A stretch of DNA of 64,000 nt from Geosiphon pyriformis uo1 (Eukaryota; Fungi; Glomeromycota), in the NCBI GenBank assembly GCA_016748015.1, contig JAAOMT010000572.1:124001-188000 (forward strand), written 5' to 3'. Position numbers and translations under genes: made by a program. Each line of letters begins with the position of its first letter. Positions within the stretch are counted from its first letter, which is position 1. Under the pieces are notes generated by a model that worked only from the letters and a program-made list of their open reading frames with translations, was not told the origin of the DNA and ran no database searches. Of the stretch, positions 40,286-52,684 are shown piece after piece.

Positions 40286-41141
40286 TGTTATTCATAGAAT
40301 ATAGAAAGTATATATTAGTATAAATTAGCCAATCAGAAGTAAACATAGTAAATGTAAAATTCTAGAATTCCTCTCAGAGGAATTGCAGGATTCTAGAAAT
40401 TTTAAGATTCTCGTACAAAAAATCACAGGATTCCAGAATTTCAGGATTTCTCTTAAAGAAATTGTAGAATTTCAAGAATTCCAGAATTTCTGGTGTAAAG
40501 AATTAAGAAATTGAGGAATCTCAATTATGTATATATAGCAGTAGAGTTAGAAGTAGAAAAAACAGATCTTTTAGTTTAGATTTAATCTAAACAACCTTCC
40601 ATATTACAAATATCAATAAATAATTATTCAATATCTCCAATCTACTCTCTACTATCAACACTTCATGTTGATAACAATTAATACTTAATCACACTGGAAC
40701 AATAGCTCTTAATTATAGCTATTGATAGAATACTAATATTTATTGTCTTGGCTTATTTTTCTTTTATTTTCTTTTATTTTTGTTATTTTTTTGTTTTACT
40801 AATTGATTGAAGATTAAGTACTGAGTTATTGACATCAAGAATAGCCTGGTAAAAGACCCCAAAGGAAGAGTATAAGAATTGAGAATTTAAGAATAGCTTA
40901 CCAGAAAGACATTTCTGCCAGATTACCAGCCACTATGCTGAGAAAAAAATTTAACAAAATTGCAATTCTGAAAGACTACTAGAAAGATAACAATTAAATC
41001 TTTGTCTATTATACAAAGAACTCCACCAAAACCTTCAAATACAAACAACCTACAGATATTACCAACACTCATAATTAGCAATTGAGCACCAAGTTACAGA
41101 TTTGTTATTTGCTTTAAGACCCCAAATAATTATCTGTAACA
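40286..41141 (+). repeat. 3' LTR
   Basis: TGTTA...TGTAACA, matches 30276-31130. Confidence 0.95.
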
Positions 41142-42196
41142 CCAGTTATTAAATAAACCAGCCAAATTTAGGATTAAATACAAAATATCCTTATATTGTA
41201 CCAAAATAAAAAAACAATGAAATAAAAAATTTGATTCCAAATAGAATAGTCAATTTCATATTGAAAAAATTCTGAAAAATAGAGCATATAAGTTAAAATA
41301 GAATAACAAAATTTTAACTAAAACAGCATATAATAATTAATTAAAATTATATCACAATATAGTATCATTATTTACTAGTAATATTTTACAATTAGAAGTA
41401 CAACAAATATAAGTTTTATCAGATAAGATTCTATAAAATCTGAAACCAATTATAATTATTAACACAAATACATTAAATTAATCTACTAAAACAGTATATA
41501 AAAAACTAATATATATAACAAAAACAACAAAAAAGATAAAAATTACAGACAATATTCATTCTTTAATTCAACAATTATTTCAATTTATCAAACATCAAAA
41601 ACTGAACATAGAAATTACAATCAATTAACAAACTATCAATACAAAAACACAAAAAAAAAACCAAAACTTTAATATGAAATACAATATAGAGTATACATAA
41701 AATCTAAAAACATAGTAAATAACATAATAGCAAAAGTAAAGATGTTATTAAAAATACCAAAGATATTAATATAATATAAAGAATTAACAGAAAAAAATTA
41801 AAAATAATAGACACAACAATTTCTAATAAACTTTTGTTATTATCATTTGGAACAAAAGCTTAATATTTAGAACTTATATATAAATAAAACAAGACAGATA
41901 TTTAACATAACAATATTACAACAATTCAAAAAATTCATGGGAAAAAACAATCTATTTACACAGACACAAGCAATATACTAATTACAAACAAAGTTCTAAG
42001 ACTGTTCAAAAATACTATTATACTCAATAATAAACATAGTAATTATTAACCAATTGGAAAAAATTATTAATGCCCAATTTAAAAAATTACAGACCAGTAT
42101 TGTCTAAGTAATTCTTGAAAAAAAAGTTATAGAGCTAATTCAAGAAAAAGATTTAAAAAATTTCAACAAAGCTCAATATTAAAAAAAAAGAAATAA

Positions 42197-43024
42197 TATT
42201 ACTCATAAAAATTAGGAATTATAATAATAAATAAAATAGCCAATTAAAAATAAGCATATTAAAAAAAAGAATTTTAGGATTTTTTTTAAGAAATTACAGG
42301 ATTTCAGAATTTTAAAATTCTTCTTAAGGAATTACAAAATTTCCAAAAATTTTATATAATACAAATTATGTATATATAGCAAGAATATTAAAAGCAAAAA
42401 AAATTTAGAATTTGACTTAAACAGAATAGTAGCTAGCAATAACTATTTACTCTTATCTTTTCTTTTAAAAGATAGTTTTTTATAACTTAAAGTAGAACTC
42501 ATCAATATTAATAAAAATATTTAATTATTATTTAATTCATGTTATTATTGTTTAATTAAAAATATTAATTACTTTTCTATTATCAACAATTTATGTTAAT
42601 AAACTCTAATACTTAATCATACTAAACTAATAGTTTTTAATTATAGCTATTGATGAAATACTAATTTTTTATTTTTATTTTTTTTTATTTTTTTCGTTTC
42701 ATTTTTTGTTGTTTACTAATTAATTAAAAAAATTAAGTGCTAAATATTTGATATTAAGAATAGTCTGGTAAAAAATCTGGAAACAAGAGTAAAAATTTAA
42801 GAATAACTTACCAAAAAAACACAATTGCCAGAATAAACTGGCCACTATGTTGAAAAAAAAAATTCACAAAAAAAATCATCAATTGAATCTCTGTTTATTA
42901 TACAAAAAACTTAACCAAAACTTTTAAACTTCAAAATTTTCAGAAATTACAGATATTTTCAACTATTGAGTACTAAGTATAGATTTGTTATTTGTTTTAA
43001 TACTCCAAATAATCACTTGTAATA
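42197..43024 (+). repeat. Additional orphan 3' LTR preceded by its own PPT
   Basis: Same family ends. Followed by a second copy of the last ~240 bp of the internal region (43025-43263) and then the LTR matching 14655. Confidence 0.85.
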
Positions 43025-44059
43025 TTATACAGATATGAACAATATATTAGTTACAAACAAAATTCTAAGACCATTCAGAAATACTGTTATACTCAATAAT
43101 AAACATAATAACTATTAATTAATTAAAAAAATTACCAATGCCTAATTTAAAGAATTACAAACCAAAATTGCCCAAGTAATTCTAAAAAAAATAGTGATAG
43201 AATTAATTCAAGAGAAAGATTTAGAAAATTTTGATAAAGCTTAATATTAAAAGAAAAAAATATTATTATTCATAGAAATAAGGATCATAATAAGAAAAAA
43301 ACATAGCAAAAAGAAGAATTGCAGGATTCCAGAATTCCAGAATTTTTTTAAAAAAATTGAAGAATTTCAAAAAATCTTATATAACACAAATTATAAATAT
43401 ATATTAAAAGTGTTAAAAGCAGAAATAGACAAAATAATTAGTAAAAACAATATTTAGAGATAAGTAATTATCTAATACTTTTTTTTTCCAAAGATAATTT
43501 TTATAATTTAAAGTAAAATTATATTCATATTAATAAAAATATCTATTATTATTCAATTCATATTGTCATTATTTAATTAAGCAGTATTAATTACTTTTAA
43601 ATTATTAACAATTTATGTTAATAGAATTTAATACTTAACTATATTAAATTAATAGTTCTTGATTATAGCTATTAATAAAATACTAATTTCTTATTTCTTT
43701 TTTTATTTTCATTATTTTTTTATTTTTTTGTTGGTTACTAACTAATTAAAGATTAAGTGTTAAGTAATTAACATAAAAAATAGCCTGGTAAAAAACCTGT
43801 GAAACAAAAGTAAAAAAAACTTAAAAATAGCTTATAAAAAAGACATGACTATTAGAATAAATTGGTTATTATGTTAAAAACAGAAATTGGAGAAAAACTA
43901 TTAATTGAATCTTTAAACTTAGAAATTATCATTATAATTAGCTATTAAGCACCAAATTACAAGTTAGTTATTTGTTCTAACATTCCAAATAAGCACTTAT
44001 AACAATATAATATTTAAAATAAGTAATATATTATTAATAATTAACAAATTATTAAAAAC

Positions 44060-44460
44060 TTTATTAAAAATATTTAAAGTATTTTTACAAAGAGCAATAA
44101 TAATAAAATAAAAGTAAATTCAAAAACCATAATTTTAAATATAAAAAAAGTAATTTTACAAGTTTAATTTAAATAACAATATCTAAAAAAATTTAAAATA
44201 TAAATTTATATAAAAAAGCCAAATATTATTTTTAATAACCAAAAAATAATGTAAAAACTAAATTAAAGTTTTAATATAAGCGAATTTAATCTTAAAAATT
44301 TTATTAAACTTCAAAGTAAAATCTAATACTTAAAAACTTTTTAATAATTAATGAATATTTTTTAAATATTTTTTGTTTTTTATTAAATTAACTTAATTTT
44401 TAAAATTAATAAATTAATTAATAAAAGTTTATATAAAGACATAATTTTTTTATTTTAAAA
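44060..44460 (+). repeat. Decayed dispersed repeat shared with ~60010-60450
   Basis: Shared blocks atttaaagtattttt, aaagagcaataa, aaaaaccataa, aaagtaattt and aaatataaa.t.tatataaaaaag occur in the same order. Confidence 0.6.
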
Positions 44461-46493
44461 TTAAATATATTAAGTAATTTAATCATTATTAATTAGAATC
44501 AGTTTTAATAAATTTGTTATTTACAGCCAAATTTAGATTAAATATTATAATTAATATAATTGTAGCGAAATTAATGTAAATATTAAAAAAAAATTATAAA
44601 AAACCAATATTCTGTTTTTTATAAAAAAAAAACAGATTTCAAATTAAAAAAATGTTTAAGAGACATTAAAAAAAACAACTTCAAAAAATAATTTTATTAC
44701 TAGTTTGTTATTAAAAATTCTTGATTTTTTTATAATAATAGTAATTATATTAAAACTAATTCTTATTAGTTACTTAAAAAAACTTTAAATAAGAAAAAAC
44801 TTTTACTCAAAACCAAAAAAAATGTTTTTTTAACTGTTTTGTGTTTCCAATTTTTAAGTTAAATTTGACAAGTATTATTGTTTATTTTCAAATCAGTTTT
44901 TTTTACTAATAATATTATTAAAGTTAATTTTATTGTTTTTTTGTGTAAATAATATAAAATATAAAAAAAAATATGTTTAAATAAACGATATTTAAAATAT
45001 TTAAAGAAATTATTATTTTTCAAAGATATATAGTTTGATGGATTTTTTGATTTAAATAGTACAAAAATAATAAAAAAGATGTTTTTTTGTATTCAATTTT
45101 TTTATTTTTTAAAATATTCTAATTGTACAATAAAATTTAATTTATTTGATCAAAATTTTTTGTCATTTTTTTTTACAAGATTTTCTTATAATATTATCTT
45201 ATTTTACTATATAAATAGAATTTGATTATTGAAAAAAATTACAAATAAAAAAATTTTATTAAAAAATTTTATTTGTTTAATCACATTTTATTATATACCT
45301 ATTTATATGTACAAATATTACAAAAAAAATTATAAATTTTAGTTACAATATTTTTAAATTCAATTTTTTTTGTTATAAGTTAATTAATGCTAATTTTCTG
45401 TTTTATTGTATATTATTTATAGTTTTTCACAAATACAATAAATTACATTGAAAATTATACTAAATTTTCTTTTCAAATTTAAATCTGATAATTGATTTTG
45501 GAAAAAAAAATTATAAAAATAACAATTTGTATAAAATAATGTTTTTTACGTCTTTCGCGCAAGATTAGGTTGAAATTTGTTAAAAAGTTTATAACCTAAT
45601 AAGATGGTTTAAAAACATGTGGTTTTTGAAAAAATCTTGGGCAAATTAGATTTTTAATTAAAATGATCTAATAAAATCAAAAATCACAAAGAATATATGT
45701 TATAATATAAAAATATAGTATTTCACAAAATGAAACCCTTTCCAAATTCCTTATAGTGCTATTGACCATGAGTCGTAATGCCATCATCTCTGTTATATTT
45801 GAATAAATTTTCAAACAGATTGAGTAAAAACTCGCATATTTTGAACTAAATGCATCAGTACCCTAAACATTTCACCCATTGAAAAAAACCATTCTTAATC
45901 AACGTCTGCATGAAATTTTAATAATACAAATATATAGTTAAATATTATAATGGTATATATTATTATGTCTAGAATTTATTAACACAATGAAGCCAACTTT
46001 TTATATAAAGGGAGTTGAATTTTCTTTCCTAAGAGTATCGGGTATGTTTTAACACTAAATTTTGATATTAAAAATTATATATTCAGAAGAAAATGTACAA
46101 AAAGAAAATAATGAATTTACAATGAAAATTTGGATAAGAATTAATTGACTTTGTTATTCGGCATTAATAGAAAGATTTTGTAAGGAAAAATATCATTTTG
46201 ATATTTTCATTGAAGAATTCTGGTTGGTATAATTATTACGAGGGAGGTATTAATGAGGTTCTTGGGGAATTAACTTTTAACTCATCGAAATTGAAAGCCG
46301 AGCGAACGATTTTTTTGAGGATCTCTTGCTATTCTCAATTTTTATTATTGAGCATGACCAAATTAATAAAATCGGATTCAAAATTTTTGTAATGTTAACA
46401 CCACTTGCGGGAGTTTATGCCATCATTAAAATTTGATTAATTTTGGCCAGTGAATAAGCTCAAAGGCGGATGAGTGGTAGACGAAGGAATCGG

Positions 46494-46530
<37 letters not shown>
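46494..46530. repeat. (GAT)n microsatellite in the probable 3' UTR
   Basis: Directly visible. Confidence 0.95.
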
Positions 46531-46531
<1 letters not shown>

Positions 46532-46587
46532 TTTGTATCATGAAAAAGAATCAAGTGAGTGAAGGCTGCTGGTTGGTAACAACTAGT

Positions 46588-48171
46588 TTATGGATATTGA
46601 AAGGGCTCTACAGGTTGGATCATCATAGACGTTGGCCTTCCTTGTACGCGTATCTCGCGTTCCCTTTCTTCACGTTGTTCAACTTGTTCTCGTTTTCGAG
46701 TTTCTCGAGCGATACTGCGTGAATGACGTAGACCACAAGCGTTGCATAATCTAATTAAAAATTTTGAGGGGTTAAAATTTTTAAAATTTATCAAATAAAG
46801 CAGAGAATTTCAACCTGTGACTTACGTTTTATGACCCGTAGGACCACGGCGCCATTCAGGGCTAGAATTGGTTTTACAACTTTCGCATACTTTTGGTGCA
46901 GCGTTATTTAAATTATTATTTCTCACCCTTCCTACATAATTCGCGGTGCTTCCACCATAAGGTCGAATAGGATGGCTGTTTGAAGACGAAATTCTTGATG
47001 GGGGTGATGAGGTTTGTGTTGGTGAAGTAGTATTATGACGAGTATCTTGGATAGAACCGGATTGCGAAATATTTAGACGATATACTTGCTGCCGCCCATG
47101 TAGTTCTTGGGAACTTTGACTAGAATTTGATAAAATAAATGGGGTTATGGGGGCAGACTGTTGTTGTTGTTGTTGTTGTTGTTGCTGCTGCGTATGTTGC
47201 TCATTCGTGTGAACTATCGGTGGGAATGGATATTGTTGAGGTTGTTCTTGTTGGGTTGGGATTAGTTGAGGAGAGAATATTGGTGATACAAGATTCATCA
47301 GAGGATTGGGAAGTGAAATTGGTGCAATTCTCTGAGGTGAATTTCCCGAGTTTGAATCAATGGCCCGCCTTTTCGAGTCTCGATTTTCCCCGTCCAAAAG
47401 AAAATCAGATATATGAGAATTTTTAGAATAGATTCGGATGGGTGGTGAAAGAGAGCCCGGGGAACGTAATCTTTTTGTCCCGACCCCACAAGATGAAGAG
47501 ATAGCGGTTGGTGAACAAGGTGCAGAATGTGGTCTTGGCTTTAAATATTCATTTGGCGCACCAAGAGATATAGGTGGAATTATCTGAAAACAAGCGAAAA
47601 TGAGGTCACCATAAGGTATCGAGACACTTTCTATTTGACGACAGAATCCTGATGATAAAGTGGCCACGTGCTTTTTAATATAAGGTCGCATACACTTTGG
47701 GAAATTTTCAGATGATGAGATTGAGTTGATATCACCTATTTCATCATGGATCAATCGAGAAAAATCATCCTTATCATAGGCTGGATTACTACTGGTGATT
47801 AAATTTGGGTCAGGCCACGTGAATGTTAAATTCTTTGTTTTCCGATCAAATATTTGAAAAATGCGATCGGGGGAAGGAAAAATCGAGGGAATTGGTGAGA
47901 TTGGAGGAGTCTCCATTTTGGTAGATGCATTACGTGCATTGTGTAGAAGCTCTGACAACTTTTCCGTTTCCTGTATCACCCAAAAATTGCCATTGTTTAG
48001 ATATCGTGAGAATATTTTTTTCACGCTATAATAATGAGGAGATGTAATACAAACAAACCTTTTGAGCAAAATTCAATTCACCACATGAATGAGAAAAAGA
48101 ATTATGATTGTCGGTTGATAGTTGAACTATCGAATTTTTTTAGATAAAGGAAAATGGTTAGTCAATAATTT

Positions 48172-48205
<34 letters not shown>

Positions 48206-48994
48206 AAGCTAAAAAAAGGAGGAGGGAACGTTGTAAGCTGCATACCATCATCTGAATGGAAACATGCCAACACGATATCTTGGCTGACCACATTCATACC
48301 GATATCCATAATTACGTATTCTTGGTCGTTGACAATGGTGTTGGATCCACCTGGGAAATTTGAAGGAGTTGCGGTTGTAAAATTTTCAGGATTATTATGA
48401 AGGAATGTGTAATGCGAATTTTGGCCAGAAGCCGTGGAAAATTTTATTGTGGGGTCATAATGTTTTAAGAGGTTGGCTTGAGGAATTGTGGAGGTTTTAA
48501 ATTGTGCCTTTTGCAAGTCCAATCTGGATAAAAGTTTGCGTCGAATAGCAGGTATACTATTATACTGACATCTTTGATAGTAAAAATTGAGAAAATTAGT
48601 GGTAACTCTCAGGAGTCAAAAATTGAGTTTGAATGAATTTAAAGGAAGGGTGAAAAAAAAAACGGGGTTACTACAGTATGTAAAGTGACGGTTGTAAAAG
48701 TATGGTATTTTAGATGACCAATTAGAAAGTTAAATAGCCGTGAATGAGAATACTAATAAAAAGTTTATCTAAATACCTTGTAATCGACCCATAAACAGTT
48801 TTCTTATTAACAAAGTTAAAGAAATCCCGACGTGCGAATTCTCGTTCATCCGGATGAATATAATCGAATAGTGAAGTGTCCAATAGTGAGTGGGATTCTT
48901 GCTGACCGAGAGCTCGACTTAGTTTTGGTGAGAGATAAATAAAAGTCAAGTCTCTCTGGGAGAGTAATGTCCAAAAACACGTTGGAGAAGACAT
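46588..48994 (-). CDS. PAS-like domain / GATA zinc-finger transcription factor, 639 aa, 5 exons (48994-48777, 48571-48246, 48126-48059, 47970-46826, 46750-46588)
   Basis: All introns are GT-AG with compatible phases, total 1920 nt. N-terminal PAS-like FIYLSP...SLFDYIHPDE; poly-Q tract; finger CESC-x18-CNACGLR split by intron 4. Confidence 0.92.
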
Positions 48995-49218
48995 GAGAAA
49001 ATTTTAAGTAAAAAGTTTTCTGTACAGAAAAGTGGGGGTATGTTGGAAAAGTAGGATTATATGAGTGTCGCACTGTTTTTAGGCTGGTCAATGTTTTTGT
49101 AGTTTGCAAGTAAAAAAATTGAATTATAGAAAGTGGTAGCCAACGTCTTTTTTTTTTTTTTTTGTTTCTCAATGTGTGTTGCCTGAAACGTCTTAGTTCA
49201 ATTTTTGGTTTGGTTTGG

Positions 49219-49270
49219 TTAGGGTTAAGGGTTAAAGGGTTAAAGGGTTAAAGGGTTAAAGGGTGAAGGG
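49219..49270 (+). repeat. Telomere-like (TTA1-3GGG)n tract with seven GGG runs
   Basis: ttagggttaagggttaaaggg(ttaaaggg)3tgaaggg, ~225 bp upstream of the GATA gene ATG. Confidence 0.9.
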
Positions 49271-50494
49271 TTGGAATAGGTTAGTTAGGTCAGGTCAGCT
49301 CGGGTCGAAAAAGAAGAAAAAATCGCACGAATGGTTTTAAAATTTTTATGTATCTTAAATAGGAATATGGATAATTTGATTGACGCGGGTATTTCTGGAC
49401 AATGGGGATGTTTGTTTGAGCCTTTATATTGAACTTTTTTATTTTATGATAATGATGAAGATGATGGTGATGTGATGGTGATGGTGATGGTGATGAAGAT
49501 GAAGATGAAGATGAAGATGATTTCTGTCTTCCTTAAGATAATAGGTTCCCAAAAGGTGGAAATTTAATAAAATTGTATAAGGTTAAGGAAAATTAACGAT
49601 TTTTGATTTTTGGAAAATAAATCTTTTATTTAGATAGAAGGATCAGAATTTTTGAAAGAAAAAGTTCAAGATGAAGAAATTTATGATTGATGCGCTCTTT
49701 TTTATTTAAATTAATAATATCAGAAATATATATAACAAAAAAGTTTCAAAATTTTTTTGAACTCATTCGAAAAAAAAAATATTCAAAGAGTTTGATTATA
49801 TATCTTTTCTGGTGTTTTTTAATTTTTTTTTTTTTTTTTTTAAATTAAAGACTTATATGGACTATTGAATCTTTATTTATGTAATATATATATGTACATG
49901 GATACATGTATATTTTTATCTATATTTATGTTTGTATATTTTTAATATATTGGTCTGTGAGACACGTAAGTTTGTCATGATGTTAAATAGAACAGCTTTA
50001 AGAATTGGGATCACCCAATTTCTCTCTAATGTACTCATCTATATAAATAAAAACTTTTTTTGAGTGAATAAATGAGTGAGTGAGTGATTGATTGGATTGA
50101 TTGATTGATTAGTTATTTGATTGAGAATGATTTGGATGTAGATGGTTTCTAAAATTTCTTTGAATTTTTTTAGACTAGTTCAAAAAAAAAAAGGAAAGAT
50201 TATAATTGGAAAAATTAATTATTCCAATCGAAATGTTACCCATCAAAAATAACTATAAAGAAAAATTCTTCTCAAGCATAAAATTTCGATCAATTTAACC
50301 AAAAATAATTAGAATTCATTACTTGTTGATTCTTTTTCTATTTCGTTAGGTTCGGTTTTTACAAGTTTTTTTAATAATTTTAAATGGGGAAAAGGTTTTC
50401 AAGGGAATAAATTTACAGAGTTTTCAAGTTTTTTTGTTTTATGAATTAGAAAAAAGGATAAAAAAAATTTTTTTTTTATAAATAAATTTTCTTA

Positions 50495-50495
<1 letters not shown>

Positions 50496-50540
<45 letters not shown>

Positions 50541-51784
50541 TAATAATAAGAATAATAATAATAATATGTTAAAACCCTATAAACATATGAAAGGGGAATT
50601 CTAAACTTTAATTTTCTCAATTCTTGGATCATCCAAAACCTAGTATCTTTTGATTTTTTTAAGAAAAAAAGAAAAAGAGGAAATCCAAAAAAAGAAAAAC
50701 AAAGTATATTGATAAAAATTAATAATTTCGATAAAGTTGTGATCTGTTAATATTTTTGATATTTCATCATTTAATTATATCTTGATAGTTTTTCTTGTTT
50801 TAGAACGAGTCATCATTGTTTGATTATCGTAATCAGCATCACCATTATCATTCATCGAAGCGTTTTTTGGTGAATAAACGATGTATATCAATTAAATTAA
50901 ATTGTGATGAGAGGGAACGGCGGAGCTGCTTTAGGTAAAGAAAAAGACTTTTAATAGTAAAACGAATAGTTATCATAATTATCAATAACAACAAAAACAA
51001 TAACAATAACAATAACAATAACAATAACAATAACAATAACAATAACAATAACAATAACAATAACATTAACATCATCATCATCATCATCATCGTCATCAAA
51101 GATGATTCTCAACCACGGCTATCTCGAATGGTATTTTAACAAATTTCTGGACCAGTTTAGTAAAATCGAGATTCCATTGTATTAATTTCATCATTCAGAG
51201 CCTGTTCTGGATTTAGAAGATCTCTCTTTGAGTTAATGATAAATCCACGTCTGTGTGGAAGTGACAAATGATCAGTATGATCTAGTAAAGAAAAGTCGAA
51301 GAAAGACTTGAATGAAAAGGGATTAAAAGAAATGTTTAATAAAGGTATCAATTCATTCAGAAATTAAAATTCTCAAATTACAGGCTACTAAAAATGGGAA
51401 AATTAATAATAACAAAAGGGAGTATTACCTAATTTCTATTCTATGATAGATTAGGAAAGAAAGGAATGTGAATGGGAATGGGAATGGGAATGAGAAAGCT
51501 TTTTTAGTTTTCATTTTTCATTTCTGAAATTTTCAATAAATCAATCAATTTCGAACCTTTTTGATTTAGAAAAAAAGATCCAAAATTATGAGATTAAGGA
51601 TTTTTATTTTATTTTCAAAACCTAAAAAGAGTTTTTTGAAATGAATATAAGGTTTAAACTTATCGAGTACTCATAAATTGTTCAATAGCACTGGCTACCA
51701 TTGAAATCTTAATTCTTTTAGTTACACAGTGAAAATTCATTGTCGATTAGATCAAATCTGCTGCATTAAAGAGAGAACAGTCGG

Positions 51785-51822
<38 letters not shown>

Positions 51823-52077
51823 AATTAATTAATTAATTGATGATTGGATTGACTGATTGATTGATTGAAGGTAAGTAAAAAACAAGTTATAATTTTTCCA
51901 TCATATTGTTTTTAAAACCGGTTTTTTATTTTAATTTTGAGGTATTAATAAACATATAAACAGTAATTAAATTGGAAAGAGATCGAATAGATTTTCTGGA
52001 TTTCTCTTCTTTTAAAATGAAAGCACCGAATAAACGCTCTGAAGAAATTTTTAATTAATTAGTGTAACAATAAAATG

Positions 52078-52137
<60 letters not shown>

Positions 52138-52648
52138 GTAGTAGTAGTAAATTACAAGAACTGAAAAGCTAAAATTTTAGAGAATGAAATTCTGGAGTAA
52201 ATTAGTATCCAAAAACAACTTGCATCAAACATCAAACATCAGGAAGCACAGCACGGTACGGCACTTGATCAGTAAAAAAATGCATCAAGAACTCGGAAAA
52301 AAAACCCTTTTCACAATATTTCTTTCTAGCAAATATCAGGGCAAATCATCTTACCACTAAAATCTTAGTATCCCCATCTTTGATATTTAACGCCGTGTAC
52401 TCACGATCATCCGCATGAACATGTTGCTTTTTTTTTGTTACTTCTGACAGTGGTAGCTATTATTCTTATCAACGAATAATCACTGCAAGATTTCTTGCAG
52501 CAGCAGAAATGGTAAAAAAAAAAACGAAATTAAATGTCAATTTTTTCATGAGAAAAAAAAGGAAAAACGCAATCTAAATTGATTACGCCAAATAACTAAT
52601 TCAAAAAACATGACGATAATGTGTACAAAAAAAAATAGGATTTGGAAA

Positions 52649-52684
<36 letters not shown>

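Larger units (their letters stand above)
30276..41141 (+). mobile_element. Best-preserved full-length Ty3/Gypsy element, nested in the integrase of the older element
   Basis: LTRs 30276-31130 and 40286-41141 (855/856 bp, TGTTA...TGTAACA), PBS, PPT, and order gag-PR-dUTPase-RT-RH-IN. The host integrase continues across the flanks. Confidence 0.95.
14655..44004 (+). mobile_element. Old Ty3/Gypsy element (element A) expanded to 29 kb by nested insertions
   Basis: Matching LTRs 14655-15434 and 43264-44004 share diagnostic segments such as cattccaaataagcactt(g/a)taa(t/c)a, with an ATAT TSD on both flanks. Decayed gag 15450-17150, PR ~17750-18130, dUTPase ~19200-19640, RT ~20190-21900, RNase H ~22020-22400, IN 29200-30275 resuming at 41142. 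Confidence 0.85.

Noticed and set aside
46198-48400. Plus-strand ORFs overlapping or next to the GATA gene
   Set aside because: Antisense shadows and (GAT)n or (TTG)n repeat translations.
46588-48994. Naming the gene wc-1 or wc-2
   Set aside because: No LOV signature, and the finger and flanks differ from typical WC-2. Orthology cannot be shown without a phylogeny.
49219-49270. True telomere or chromosome fusion scar
   Set aside because: Only ~50 bp, mostly variant units, with no inverted array or subtelomeric context.
50848-51099. 83-aa poly-Met/poly-Leu ORF resembling a membrane peptide
   Set aside because: It is the translation of (AATAAC)n and (CAT)n microsatellites.
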